From the human T2T-CHM13v2.0 reference genome, Homo sapiens, in NCBI RefSeq assembly GCF_009914755.1, contig NC_060938.1: a stretch of 64,000 bases of DNA; one strand, given 5' to 3'. Every line of letters begins with the position of its first letter. Position 1 is the first letter of the stretch. Shown piece after piece: positions 1 to 14,160 of this stretch. The position numbers and the translations under genes were made by a program. Below the pieces are notes generated by a model, which worked only from the letters and a program-made list of their open reading frames with translations, was not told the origin of the DNA and did no database searches.

Positions 1-134
1 AAATCACGATGAGCAGTAACAGAACTCATAATAATATAATAGTAAATAGGAGAAGCAAGAATAAGGAAGAAAGTCTGGTGCTCAATGATATACATGGAAA
101 GTCAAGGCTAGATTGTTACTTTTGATAATAGAAA

Positions 135-335
135 GCCTTGATGTTGAATCCGGATTCCATCCTTAAAGAAATTGCTTTACTTATTTGGTCCCCAGTGTCT
201 CATTTGTAAAGTGAAGGAAGTAACTGTTTTGAAGTAAAATGTTTGGGATTAAGGAGCCAAGGAATATAAAGTGCCTGACACAAGGTGCAGCACATTTTAA
301 GCGGAAACATACTAGTTAATAGTTTTATTATAATT
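135..335 (+). mobile_element. MIR SINE relic
   Basis: Degenerate MIR core 'cagtgtctcatttgtaaagtgaagga' and 3' part 'aaagtgcctgacaca'. Confidence 0.6.
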
Positions 336-771
336 ACTGTTCTTTTAATTTTAAGGTCTGCCCCCCAAAATATTCCTATCTATTTTCTAGCTAGGTTTTA
401 TATACCTACCTGAATTTTAAGACTTACTTAATTTGCACTACATATCAGAACTTCCTTAAATGTGGGATTCTGTAATGTACGGGGGATCTGAAATGATGAT
501 GTAATTGATTGGTATGTTCTGATAGACAAGTCTGATGACGAGACGGTTGGAGCAGATGCTGTCCGTGTCAGCAAGTCCCACATTTCTGAGACCTTCCTCA
601 ATAAACTCATTCCTCTCAAATTCTTGTCTCATGATCTGCTTTTGAAAGAACTCAAACACCACAATGTTTTAGGTATGCTTTCTCAGAAACTTTTGTAATC
701 TCGCAGGAAGTATACAAGTCGAGATCCGAACCATGTGTTTGATGGATAATGTGCAGATTCCTTGAAGTAAG

Positions 772-1180
772 GTTCATTCATTTATTCATCTGTTCACTCA
801 GTAATATTTATTGAACACTGAATATGTGCTACACACTGTGGCAGGATTTCTTTTTCCTGCCCCAAACTTTCTTCATGGTGCTTGTACAAGATAGAGACAC
901 AAAATAAAAATACTTTATGAACAAATATCCAAAATAATATAATGTAACAGTATATGATAAGAAGCTGAATGAAGAAGATAGAGACTGTGGTGGGGTCAGT
1001 GGTGGTAAAGACAGTCTGTTTTAAATGGAATGAATATCAAGGATATCTTCGAGATCATATTTGAACAGAAGCATAAATTCAGTGATGAAGTATATCACGT
1101 TCAACCAAGTTAAAATTTAGAGGAAGAGCCTTTTATGCAGAGAGAAATGCAAATGCAAATGCACATTGAGAGGTTAATGT
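772..1180 (-). mobile_element. L2 LINE 3' end relic
   Basis: 'ttcattcatttattca...atttattgaacactgaatatgtgc' resembles the reverse-complemented L2 3' terminus. Confidence 0.6.
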
Positions 1181-1294
1181 TTTTATATTTTCATATGAAT
1201 AATGCTGTATTTTATTCCATTGTATTCCATTAGGTATATTTGAAAGCATTATGTAACACTTCTATTTGTATAAAAAGTTTTGATATTTAAAATA

Positions 1295-1590
1295 TGTTGA
1301 TGGAGGTAGAGGGTGGAGAAATAGATAACAGACTGGGCAGGGTGAGTAGGGGCTAGTGGGGAGAATAAAGAGAAGTGGGTTAAAGGATACAAACATTCAG
1401 TTAGGTAGAAGCAATAAATTCAACATTTCATAGCAGAGTATAATGACTATACTTAATAAAAATATGCTATACTTAGGTAATGGATATCCTAAATACTGTG
1501 ACTTGATCACTACGTACTGTATACATATCACAAAATTTCTCCTGCACCCCATAAATTTGCAGAAATAGAAAAGTTAAAAAATAAAATGTG
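1295..1590 (+). mobile_element. L1MA 3' UTR fragment
   Basis: 'aaaggatacaaacattcagttag...atggatatcctaaatac...ttgatcactac...ccccataaattt' followed by A-rich end. Confidence 0.7.
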
Positions 1591-1879
1591 CTAAAAGTAG
1601 TTCCTTTCAATCATTTGATTGTAACAATTTTTATATATCAACTTAAATATGTGTGAAGAAGTGCAGTTTATTCATATTTTTGGACTGCATGAACAAAGTG
1701 TTAGAAAATCAATAGCGTATTTGACTTCCCAATAGGCTATTTGCATAATTTTATTTCACTCATTTTTAATTATTTTTTATTGAGGTGATATTCATGTAAC
1801 ATAAATTTAACCTTTAGAAAAACCCAGAGGTTATGTCTTTAATGAAACAGAATTCATTAAAAAGAGTGCTCGAGCTATT

Positions 1880-2605
1880 CTTTTTAATTAAGAGACTTTG
1901 CTTTTTAGGGTAGCTTTAGGTTTACAAAAAAATTTAAGTGAATATTCAAAACGTTCCCATATACTCTCTCACTTCCTCCCAACCCCACTATACACAGGTA
2001 TACCAGTTTTCCCTATTATTATCATCTTACATTAGTGGCATACATTTGTTACAATCGATGAGTCAATATTTATACATCATTGTTAACTAAAGTCCATAGT
2101 TTACATTAGAATTTATTCTTAGTATTTTATATACTGTGGGTTTTGGAAAATATATAATGAAATATATCCACATGTAGAATAGCATACAGAATAGTTCCAC
2201 TGCCCTAAAATTATTTTGTGCTCTGCCTATTCATCTTTCTCTCCCCTGCAACCTCTGGCAATCACTGCTTATTTTATGATCTCTGTAGTTTTGTGTTTTC
2301 CAGAATGCCATAGAGTTGTAATAATACATATATTGCCTTTCAGATTAGTTCTGTAATTTAACAATATACATTTAACTTTCCTTCTTTTCTTTTTCTGGCT
2401 TGAAAACTTATTTTTTTAAATCATTGAATGATATTCCATTCTATGGATGTAACCCAGGCTGCTTATCCATTCACCTATTGAAGAAAATTTTGGTTGCTTA
2501 TGAGTTTTGGCAGTTATAAATAAAGTTATTATAAACGTGTGTAGGTCATTGTGTAGACTTAAGTTTTCAACTCATTTTGGTAAATAGCATACAAAATTGC
2601 TGGCA
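1880..2605 (-). mobile_element. L1MC-type 3' UTR fragment nested in L1M
   Basis: 'tttagggtagctttaggtttacaaaaaaattt...tacatttgttacaatcgatgagtcaatatt' is typical of L1MC 3' ends. Confidence 0.65.
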
Positions 2606-3495
2606 ATAAACCATTTTAAGGTGAAAAACTCAATGGCATTTAGTACATTAACAATGCCATGTAGCCATCTCTGCTATCCAGTTCTAAAATATTTTCATCA
2701 CTTCATAAGGAAACCATGTACCTGCAAAGCAGTCACTCCCCGTTCATACCTCTGCTAGCTCCTGGACACCACCAATCTACTTTGTCTCTATCAATTTTCC
2801 TATTCTGGATATTTTATATAAATGGAATCCAAAATATGTGGCCATTTATGTCTGGTCTGTTTCACTAAGCATAATGTTGTCAAAGGTCATTTTAGTATAT
2901 ATCAGTATGATATTCTTTTTTATGGCTGAATAACATTCTGTTTTATGTATATATGACAATTTGTTCATCTATTCATAGATTGATGGACATTTGGGTTTTC
3001 TCCACTTTTTGACTCTTATGAATAGTGCTGCTATACGAACATGCATGTGCATGTATTTCTTTGAGTACCTGTTTCCAATTCTTTTGTGCATGCATATAGG
3101 ATTCATATGGTAATTCTAACTTGGTGAGGAGACGAGGAACCACCAAACTGTTTTCCACAAAGAGTACAACGTTTTGCATTGCCATCAGCAATGTACAAAA
3201 GTTCCAATTTCTCCACAACCTTCCGATATTTATTATTTTCCGTTAAATAATATTATAACCATCATAGCAGACATGAAGTGGTATCTCATGGCTTTGATTT
3301 GAATGTCTCTAATTACTAATTGTGTTCCATATCTTTTCATGTGCTTTTTGGGCATTCACGTATCTTTGGAGAAAGGTCTATTCAAGTTTTTGGCCATTTT
3401 TTAAATTTGGCTGTTTGTCTTTTGTTATTAAGTTTTAGGAATTTTTTTCTATATTCTAGATATGAAATCATTAACAGATATAGGATTTGCAAACC

Positions 3496-3710
3496 CAGTC
3501 ATCCGTTGGCACACAGGGTATTAGTATGAGGACCCTCCAAGGCTTAATATTTGCAGATGCTCATGTCCTGCAATTGGTCCTGCGAAACCCACTGATACAA
3601 AAAGTAGTCCTTCCTTATTGGCCCATTCCATATTCCTGGAATCCTGTATTTCTTATTAACGCTTTGTTGAATCCATGAATGCAGAAACCATGTATACAGA
3701 GCAACGACTG
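3496..3710 (+). mobile_element. MER2-like TcMar-Tigger MITE (shorter than consensus)
   Basis: Terminal inverted repeats cagtcatcc...gcaacgactg; it interrupts the L1 motif 'gatttgcaaa|ttctctccc'. Confidence 0.75.
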
Positions 3711-5514
3711 GATTCTCTCCCATCCTGTAGGTTGTATTTTTTCCTTATTGATAATGTCCTTTGATACACAAAAGCTTTTAATTTTGATTAAGTCTAGTGT
3801 GTATCTATTGTTTGTTGTTGATTGTGTTTTAGTTGTCATATCTAAAAATCATTTGCAAAACCACAAAGTAATGAAGATTTAAATCCATATTTTCTTCTTT
3901 AAGTTTTATGAGTCTAGCTTATATTTATGTTGTTGATCCAATTTTATTTTTATTATTTTAGGTGCAAATTAAAGTTTCAATTTCTTTCTTTTGCATGAGA
4001 ATATTCACTTTTACAACCACTGATGGTTGAACAGGCTATTTTTACCCATTGATTCATCTTGGCACCTTGTTGAAAATCCATTGTCATATACGTACATGCT
4101 TATTTATAAACTTTCAAATCTATTTCATTAGTCTATTATATCTACTATGATGCCAGTACTACACTGTTTTTCTTACTGTAGTTTTGCAATAATTTTGATA
4201 TTTGGAAGTATATTCCTTTAACTTTTTTCTATATTGTTTTGACTATTCAGGGCATCTTTATAATTCATATGATTTTGAAGATCAGTTTTTCCATTTTTGA
4301 AAAAAAAAACAAAAGGCCATTGAAGTTTTGATAAAAACAACATTGAATCTGTACAAGTCTTCCATTTTAGCAATATTAAGTCTCCCAGTTCATATACACA
4401 GGAAATCATTTAGGTCTTCTTTAATTTATTTCAGCAATGCTTTGAAGTTTTCAGTATATCCCTCATTTTTATATCTTTCCTTTTCAATTTCATCAATTTA
4501 TTTGTGTATTTCATTATTCTTTTCTGCAATTTTATGCCAATCACCTGCTTGTTCTGCCTCTCATTCAGCTCAGTCAAAGCCGTTTACCTTCTCAGTTTTT
4601 CTTCCTATTTAAGCAAAGGATTTTTTTACAGTATCATATGAAAATATTTAAAATTTTATGGTATATTTTTAATTTTAGCCTTTACAAATTATATTTTTTA
4701 AAAATAAGAAAATTACCCATAATGTCAAGTGCAAACACACTTGGAATTAAGCAACTATTCCATAAATATTTTTGAAAAAATAAATGATTAAATGGTTTAG
4801 TGAAGTGTTATATCCTAATACAATGTTTTTATGGTTAAATTTCTGTATAGCATTCTTCAATGTACTTACTTAAATTAAGTAGTTCTAGTTATAGAGTGAG
4901 GAATGTATTTTGTTATAATGTTCTCATTTTAAAAATTATTTTCTCATATTTATACATATTATTCATTTTTATATTTTTGAAGTATAGCATCATATCATGT
5001 TTTATCAAGACTAATTTATTCAGGCTTCATTAATTTTAGGATTTGGGGATTATGCAGTGAGACAGAACTGTGTGGTTGAAATAATCTAACACATCACTAG
5101 ATTCTGTTTACAATATTAAGACACTATCTGATTTCAGACTTTCCTTAAAGAAATTTTTAGTGAATATTTCATAAACTCCAATCTCCTCCCAGGAAAAATT
5201 TTCTCACATCACTTTGCTGAGGAAAGTAATAATTACAACCAGAGAGATTTGTAATGCAATCCTGTTTGCCCAGGGCTTTGTGGTTGATTTGAAAATTCTA
5301 AGTTACAAAAGCATCTCACGTTTTCAAAACTGATTCTTATTAAAGCATTGCAGAAAATCATATTAATATTCTATGTCAATTATTTGACATATACAGAAAA
5401 AAACATAAACAAGAAATCCAGTATCAAAAGATTTGGCCTGCCTGAGGTATTCTCCCATGAAGAAATAATGTCATATAATGAAATAAGAAGATGGAAATAC
5501 TTTCTGCTCCCTTG

Positions 5515-8500
5515 AATTTATTTGTTTGTTTGTTTGTTTAAAGTTCAAGGATACGTGTGCAGAACGTTCAGGTTTCTTACACAAGAAAATGTGGGCCATG
5601 GTGGTTGGCTGCACCTATCAAACCATCACCTAGGTATTAAGCTCTGCATGCATTAGCTATTTTTCCTGATGCCCTCCCTCCCCACAACCCACACTCAAAC
5701 AGGCCCCAGTGTGTGTTGTTACCTTTCCTGTGTCCATGTGTTCTCATTGTTCAGCTCCCTCTTATAAGTGAGAACCTGTGGTGTTTGGTTTTCTATTCCT
5801 GTGTTAGTTAGTTTGCTGAGGATAATGGCTTGGAGCTATATACATGTCCCCGCAAAGGACATGATCTTGTTCCTCTTTATAGCTACCTAATATTCCATGG
5901 TGTATATGTACCACATTTTCTTTATCCAGTCTATTATTGACAGGCATTTGGGTTGATTTCAAGTCTTTGCTATTGTGACTAGTGCTGCAGTGAGCATACG
6001 TGTGCATGTATCTTCATAATAGAATGATTTATATTATTCTGGGCATATACCCAGTAATGAGATTTCTAGGTCAAATGGTATTTCTGGTTCTGGGCCTTTA
6101 AGCAATCACCATACTATCTTCCACAATGGTTGAACTAATTTACATTCCCAACAACAATGTAAAAGCATTTCTATTTCTCTACAGCCTTGTCAGCATCTAT
6201 TGTTTCTTGACTTTTTAATAATCACCATTCTGATTGGCATGGGATGGTAACTCAATGTGATTTTGATTTGCATTTCCCTAATGATCAGTAATGTTTCGAT
6301 TTTTTTGTATGATTGTTGGCAGCATAAATGTCTTCTTTTGAGAAGTGTCTGTTCACATCCTTTTCCCACTTTTTAATGGGGTTGTTTTCTGTAAATTTAA
6401 GTTCCTTGGAGATTCTGGATATTAGACCTTTGTCAGATAAATAGATTGCAAAAATGTTTTCCCTTTCTTTAGGTTGTCTATTTACTCTGATGTAGTTTAT
6501 TTTGCTGGGTGGATGCTCTTTAGTTTATTTAGATCCTATTTATCAATTTTTGCTTTTGTTACAATTGTTTTTGATGTTTTGGTTATGAAATCTTTGCCCA
6601 TGCCTATGTCCTGAATTGTATTGCCTAGATTTTCTTCTAGGGTTTTTATAGTTTTGAGTTTTACACTTAAGACATTAATCCATTTTGAGTTAGTTTGTGC
6701 GTAAGGTATAAGAAAGTCATACAGTTTCAAATTTTTGCATATGGCTACCCAGTTCTTCCAGCATGATTTATTAATTAGGGAATCCTTTCCCCATTGGTTG
6801 GTTTTGTCAGGTTTGTTGAAGAGCAGATGGTTGTAGATGTACGGTCTTATTTCTGAGATCCCTAATCTGTTCCATTGTTTTATATGTATGCTTTTGTACC
6901 AGTACCACACTGTTTTGGTTACTGTAGCCTTGTAGGATAGTTTGAAGTCACATAGCATGATGCCTCCAGCTTTATTATTTTTGTTTAGGATTGTCTTGGC
7001 TATATGAGCTCTTTTTTAGTTCCATATAAATTTTAAAGAAATTTGCTTTTCTAATTTTGGTAAGAATATCAATGGCAGTTTAATAGGAATAGCATTACAT
7101 CTACAAATTGCTTTGGGCAGTAGGGCAATTTTCACAATGTTGATTCTTCCCATCCATGATCATGAAATGTTTCTCCATTTGTTTATGTTCTATCTGAATT
7201 CCTTGAGCAGTGGCTTGTAGTTCTCCTTGAAGAGGTCCTTCACTTCCCTTGTTAGCTGTATTCCTAGATATTTTATTATTTTCTTAGCAATTGTGAATGG
7301 GAGTTCATTCATGATTTGGCTCTCTGCTTGTCTATTGTTGATGTATAGGAATGTCTGTGATTTTTGCACATTGATTTTGTATGCTGAGACTTTGCTGAAG
7401 TTGCTTATCAGCTTAAGAAGCTTTTGGACTGAGACAATAAGGTTTTCTAGATATAGGATTGTGTCTTCTGAAAACAGAAACAATTTGACTTCCTCCCTTC
7501 CTATTTGAATACCCTTTATTTCTTTCTCTTTCCTTCTTGCCCTGGCCAGAAGTATGTTGAATGGGAGTGGTGAGAAAGTGCATTCTTGTCTTGTGCCAAT
7601 TTTCAAGAGGAATGTTTCCAGCTTTTGCCCATTCAGTATGATATTGACTGTGGGTTTGTCATATATGGCTTTCATCAATTTGAGGTATGTTCCATCAGTA
7701 CATAATTTATCAAGAGTTTTTTACATAAAGGGATGCTGAACTTTATTGAACGTCTTTTCAGCATCTATTGAGATAATCGTGTGATCTTTGTCTTTAGTTC
7801 TGTTTATGTGATGGATTATGTTTATTGATTTGTGTATGTTGACCCAGTCTTGCATCCTAGGGATGAAGCCAAGTTGACTGTGGTGAATGAAGTTTTTGGT
7901 TGCTGCTGGATTCGATTTGCTAGTATTTTATTGAGGATTTTTTCATCAGTGTTCATCTGGGATATTGGTATGAAGTTTTCCATTTTTGTTGTATCTCTGG
8001 CAAGTTTTGGTATCAGGATGATGCTGGTCTCATAAAATGAGTTAGGGAGGAGTTGCTCCTTTTCAATTGTTTGTAATAGTTTCAGAAGAAATGGTATCAG
8101 CTCCACTTTGTATCTCTGGAAGAATTCAACTGTAAATCCATGTGGTTCTGGGCTTTTTTTGGTTGGTAGCCTATTACTGCCTCAATTTTAGAACTTGTTA
8201 TTAGTCTATTCAGGGATTAAACGTCTTTCTGGTTCAGTATTTAGAGGGTGTATGTGTGCAGGAATTTATCCATTTCTTCTAGATTTTCTATTTTATTTGC
8301 ACAGAGTTGTTTATAGTATTCTCTGATAGTTATTCGTATTCCTGTGGGGTCAGCGGTGATATCCCCTTTATAATTTTCTATTGTGTCTATTTGATTCTTC
8401 TCTCTTTTCTGCTTTATTAGTCTAGCCAGTGGTCTATCTATTTTATTAATTAAAAAGAAAAACACCTCCAGAATTTGTTGTTTTTTAAGGCTTTTTTGGG

Positions 8501-11500
8501 TCTCTATCTCCTTCAGTTTCACTCTGATCTTCGTTATTTCTTATCTTCTTCTAGCTTTGGGGTTTGTGTGCTCTTGGTTCTTCTTCCAATTGTGATGTTA
8601 GAGTGTCAATTTGAGTTCTTTCTACCTTTTTGATGTGGGTTATACGTTTCCCTTTTAACACTGATTCAGCTGTTTTCCAGAGATTCTGGTACGTTGTCTC
8701 TTTGTTCTCATTGGTTTCAAAGGACATCTTAATTTCTGCCTTAATTTCATTATTTACCCAGGAGTCATTCAGGAGCAGGTTGTTCAATTTCCATGTAGTT
8801 GTGTGGTTTTGAGTGAGTTTCTTAATCTTGAGTTTTAATTTGATTGCATTGTGGTCTGAGAAACTGTTATGACTTCAGTTATTTTGCATTTGCTGAGGAC
8901 TGTGTCATGTGTCATGTGGTGCGGAGAAGAATGCGTATTCTGTTGTTTTTGGGTGGAGAGCTCTGTAGATATCTATTAGGTCCACTTGATCCAGAGCTGA
9001 GTTCAAGTCCTGAATGCTCTTGTTAATTTTCTGTTTCAATGATCTTTCTAATATTGACAGTGGGTAATTAAAGTCTCCCACTATTATTATGTAGGAGTCT
9101 AAGAACTTGTTTTATGAATCTGGGTACTTCTGTATTGGGTGCATATATATTTGGGATAGTTAGCTCCTCTTGTTGAATTGAACCCTTTATCATTATGTAA
9201 TGTTCTTCTTTGTCTTTTTTGATTTTTGTTTGTTTAAAGTCTGTTTTGTCAGAAACTAAAATTGCCACCCCTGTTTTTTTCTGCTTTCCATTTGCTTCAT
9301 AAATTTTCCTCCATCCCTTTTTTTGAGCCTATGTGTGTCTTTGCACATGAGATGGGTCTCTTGAATACAGTACATCAATGGGTCTTGACTCTTCATTTAG
9401 CTAGCCATTCTGTGTTTTTTAATTGGGGCATTTAGCCCATTTACAATTAAGGTTAATATTGTTTGTGTGAATTTGATCCTGTCATCATGATACTAGCTGG
9501 TTATTTTATAGACTTGTTGATGTAGTTTCTTCATAGTGTCATTGGTATTTGTACTTCAGTGTGTTTTTGTAGTGGCTAGTAACAGTTTTTTCATTCCATT
9601 CCATCCTTAGTGCTTCCTTCAGAAGTTTTTGCAAGGCAGGCCTGGTAGTGACGAATTCCCTCAGTATTTGCTCATCTGAAAAGAGTTTGATTTCTCCTTC
9701 ACTTATAAAGCTTAGTTTGGCTAGATATGAAATTCTGGCTGGGAATTGTTTTCTTTAAGAATGTTGAATATTGGCCCCCAATCTCTTCTAACCTGTAGGG
9801 TTTCTGCTGCGAAGTCCACTGGTAGTCTGATGGGCTTTCCTTTGTAGGTCACCTGGCCTTCCTCTCTGGCTCCCTTTAACATTTTTTCCTTCACATCTGA
9901 CGATTATGTGTCTTAAGGTTGATCTTCTCATGGAATATTTTACTGGGGTTCTCTGGGTTTCCTGAATTTGAATGTTAGCCTGCCTTGCTAAGTTGGGGAA
10001 GTTCTCCTGGATGATATCCTGAAGTATGTTTTCCAACTTGATTCCATCCTCCCCATCTCTTTCAACTACCACAATCAGTCATAGGTTCTGTCTTTTTACA
10101 TAATCCCGTAGTTCTTGGAGGTTTTGTTAGTTCTCTTCATTCTTTTTTCTCTAATCTTATCTGCCTGTCCTATTTCAGCAAGATAGTCTTCAAGCTTTGA
10201 AATTCTTTCCTCTGCTTGGTCTACTCAGTTACTGACGCTTATGCTTGCATTGTGAAGTTTTTGTGTTGTGTTTTTCAGCTCCATCAGGTCATTTATGCTT
10301 CTTTCTAAGCTGGTTATTCTGGTTAAGAGCTTATATGGTTCCTAGCTTCTTTTCATAGGGTTAGAACATGCTCCTTTAGTTCAGCAAAGTTCATTATTAC
10401 CCACCTTCTGAAGCCTACTTCTGTTAATTCATCCATGTCAGCCTCCACCCAGTTCTGTGTTCTTGCTGGAAAGGTGTTGCAATCATTTGGAGGAGAAGGA
10501 GGCACTCTGGCTTTTTGAGTTTTCAGCGTTTTCTTGTTGCTTCTTTCTCATCTTCATACGTTTATCTAACTTCAATCTTTGAGTCTGCTGACTTTTGGAT
10601 GGAATTTTTGTGGGGACTTTTTGTTGATGCTGTGGTTGTTGTTGCTTTCTGTTTGTTTGTTTTTCTTTTAATGATCAGGCCTCTCTCCTGTAGGGCTGCT
10701 GCGGTTTGCTGGGGGCCCACTCCAGACCCTATTTGCCTGGGCTTCTCCTGCACCTGGAAGGTCATTAGTGGAGGTTGCAGAACAGCAAAGATGGCTGCCT
10801 GCTCCTTCCTCTGGGAGCTCTGTACCAGAGGAGCACCAATCTCATGCCAGCAGGAATGCTCCTGTGTAAGGTGTCAGGCGACCCCTGTTGGGCTTCACCC
10901 AGTCAGGAGGCACAGGATCCGGGGCCCACTTAGCAAAGCACTCTGGCTGCCTCTTGGCAGAGGGGTTGTGGTGCACTGTGGGGAATCCCGCCAATCTGGA
11001 CTGCCCTGATTCCCCAGAGCCAGCCGGAGGAAAGACTCAGTCAGCTGATCTGTGGAGACCTCGGCTGCCCCTCCCCGCCAGGGACTCCGTCCCAGGGAGA
11101 TCAGAGTTCTGTCCATAAACCCCTTGCTGGAGTTGCTGAAATTCCCTTCAGGGAGGCTCCACCCAGTGAGGAGGGATGGGTCAGGGTGTGGTCTAAAGAG
11201 GCAGTCGGGGCGCCATCTGCCACAGCCACTGTGCTGCACTGTGGAGAATTCCTCCTGGGTCCAAAACACCCAGTCTCCAGGGCACCGGCAGGGGAAAAAC
11301 AGCAGACTGCAGCTGCAGTGATGGTGGCCACCCCTCCCCACAGAAACTCGGTAGTCTTAGGCAGTCTGCAAGCCGAGTGGCCACAGAGAATCTGCACAGC
11401 TCTGGGCTTGGAATCCAAGACCCTGGTGGCAGGGGCTCAAGAAGGAGATCTCCTGATCCGCAGGTTGCACAGATCTGTGGAAAAAAGTGTCGTTTCCTGA

Positions 11501-11615
11501 GCAGGGTAGCATAATCACTCACTGCCTCCCTTGGCTGGGGTGGAAGCTCGTTTTTCCTTGAGTGGCTCCCAGGTGGGCCCTGGCTCCACTCTGCTTTTCC
11601 TCTCTTTCCATCAGT
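5515..11615 (-). mobile_element. Near full-length older L1PA (about L1PA10-13), inactive
   Basis: (TTTG)n-degenerate tail at ~5520; 3' UTR 'taggtattaagc..gcatgcattagctattt'; many short minus ORFs matching ORF2 (AIYDKPT, ILVSDKTDFK) and ORF1 (LENILQDIIQENFPNLARQ); GC-rich 5' UTR ~10600-11610. Confidence 0.93.
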
Positions 11616-13177
11616 CACCACATTTATTTTTACATTTGCTTTTTATTACAAATAGAGATATTGTTTATTATAAACCACGACAATTTTGTTCATTTAATGT
11701 ACATATTAATCTAGATAAATGTAATTTTTAATGACAATAGGAATTTTAAAATAATTAAATATTTTACATAATGCTGAAATTAATATTTTTGTTCATATAA
11801 TTTTGTTCTGCTTTATTTTCTGGAGAAACTTGTAAAAAACAATCAGTGGGTTGAAGGGTTTGAAAACTTCTAAACTGTCTTTTCTGTCTACCTAACCCAC
11901 TTTTATAGAGTGTGGGTAATACTGAATATCAAAGTTTTCAATGACTTATGAATTTCAGGGTAAATGATACGGCAATGTTGTTTTAAAATGACTATTATTT
12001 ATGTTTTAATGTCTTTATTTACCATTCTAATTTCATTTCAAGTGTATTGCTCATTAATAACCTATATCCTTCTCTTTGCTTGGATCATAGATTTTTAAAA
12101 AATTTTGAATGATAAAAATTTCAAAATTCTTATAAATAAATAAGAATTTTAAGCCCATTACTATTAACTTTACAAGATCAATCTCAATCATTTCAACATT
12201 TTTACAGATATGGAAAATCACTAATTTAGTGAGTCTATTCAACTCTATAAACATCTTCCATTCTCAATGCATGTTTATTCTCCTTTTAGGGCAAAAATAA
12301 TAATAAAGGAATGAAATAATATGTAAAGATTGCAAGTGATGACAAATGTCTTTATTTGCCATAGTTAGTGTTCATGATCTATTGCTATGTAAATAAAGAA
12401 ATTTATAGATAATGTGTAGATGGGAATCATTTTTGTAATATATTACACAGATATATGATATGTACATTGTGATAAATTATACATTTTTTCTTGTTTTGGG
12501 ATTATGGTAATTAAAATTGCTATAGTTTCCATCAGGTTCTAATATTTTTTATTTATCAGTAATAATACAAACAGTGTATATATAAAAAGAGGAAGCTAAC
12601 ACAGTCTTTTTTTCTCTAGACTGCCTATGAGTAGACCAGTGTGTTTCATTATGCAATAATGAAGTTGTAGTATTTGGACACATTCAAGAAGCTAAAAAGC
12701 ATATTAGTAGTATATAACAGTTGCAGATAGAAAATAAAATGTTAAAATAACAAGAATTTTAAGCAAAAGTGAGTTAATCGTATAATTTTAGGTTAGACAG
12801 AGTATCTATCAGGAGTATAACTTCCACTCTGAGTAATGTCCTGTGATGCTTAATGACCATAGGTCACCAGAAACCTGTACAGAGTAATCGAGAAATGTGT
12901 TTCTAAGGAGATTCTGGTAGGCATTCAATTTTTCACTGAAATCCTTCTGCTTGTAATTAGCCATAGGGGCAGAAATTAGCCTGCAAGTAATTGCACTTGT
13001 AATGGGTTCACTGAGTAATACCTTTGTTACCTTTTAACTAAAATGAAGGAACTTCTTTCCAATTGTATGTGCAATTGCCTCATTATGAAGTTCATTACTT
13101 TCAGCCTCAATTTGACAAGTGAAAATAATTTTTGGGTCATATTGTGAATGTGTGTAGGGCAAATTCTAAAAATGTAC

Positions 13178-13640
13178 CTATCCCAGTTACCTATTGCTGC
13201 TGCATTACAACTTATCTAAATTTAGAGCCTTAAGTAACAACTATTTACTACGTGTTAATTGTTCTGTGATTCAGAAATTCATCAGGACTCGAAATCTGAT
13301 TCTTCTACTCCACATGACATTGACAGTTGTACTTAGTGGTGTCTGGCATGTGAATGTGCTGACCATGTTTTAATTGAGTTCTTGTATTAAAGGAGATGGC
13401 TGGAGAGTGGCATTCACCAGGGCACCAGCATGGTGGCTTCAAAGTAGTTGAAAATTTTGCCTGGAGACTCACAATGTAAGAAGAAGAGTTCCAGAGAAAA
13501 AGGCAGGAGTTGCATATATACTTTTGGCTTGGTTTTGAAAGTCACTTAGCATTATTTCATGTGTGTTCTTTTGGTTGAAGCTGTTACAAGCTCCTCCAGA
13601 CTTAAAAGGAGGGAAGTAGTACCAAATAATTGATAGTTAG
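13178..13640 (-). mobile_element. MLT1-family (MaLR) solo LTR relic
   Basis: 'cagttacctattgctgc...caactatttact...ttggttgaagctgttacaag' resembles MLT1H/J-type LTR. Confidence 0.6.
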
Positions 13641-13949
13641 TCATCTCTTTAAAGTGGCATGATAGCCTAAGAAAGAAAGATGAGAAAAACAATAGAGAAA
13701 ACATGTATTTATAAACAAGCCTTAATCAGGAAGTAAACTGACTGATCAAAGATTGGTTGCCAAAATTGAAAATAGCATATCTACTTGTTACAAATGCATG
13801 CATAAAATCTTTATCACCTAGAAAAATAGAGGGAGAAACAACAAACTGCAGGGAAGCAAAATATCCTCTTGTTTAAACTGACCAAAATGTTTCTCCAAGT
13901 TTTCAAGTTTTTATTAAGTATCATAATGACAATGTATAGATTGGGCTCT

Positions 13950-14160
13950 ATAGTAGGTAAAGTATTAGTTAGGAACCCATTATCACATTTAATTCTTGAA
14001 ACAATGCTGTAAAGTTACTATTATTATCTCCACTTTCTATTTTAGAAAACTGATGTTTGAAGAGGTAACATAATATTCCAAAGACCACACAACTTATTAA
14101 TAGAAACAACCACAGCATAATACCAGGTCATCAGATTACTAAACACATTGTTTTAACTAA
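13950..14160 (-). mobile_element. MIR relic
   Basis: 'tattattatctccactttc...agaaaactgatgttt..gaggtaacataa..ccaaagaccacacaac'. Confidence 0.65.

Larger units (their letters stand above)
1770..4450 (-). mobile_element. Old L1M (L1MB-like) 3' UTR plus ORF2 3' region, interrupted by two nested insertions
   Basis: Starts 'ttttttattgaggtgatattca', resumes at ~2610 'ccattttaaggtgaaaaactcaatggcatttagtac'; minus-strand translations resemble L1 ORF2 C-terminus (e.g. DLIKIKSFCVSKDIINK). Confidence 0.75.

Noticed and set aside
492-535. Possible C/D-box snoRNA (aatgatga...ctga)
   Set aside because: Only ~44 nt between the boxes and no convincing terminal stem
10515-11621. Cluster of 100-164 aa overlapping ORFs
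   Set aside because: GC-rich 5' UTR of the old L1PA; stop-poor by composition
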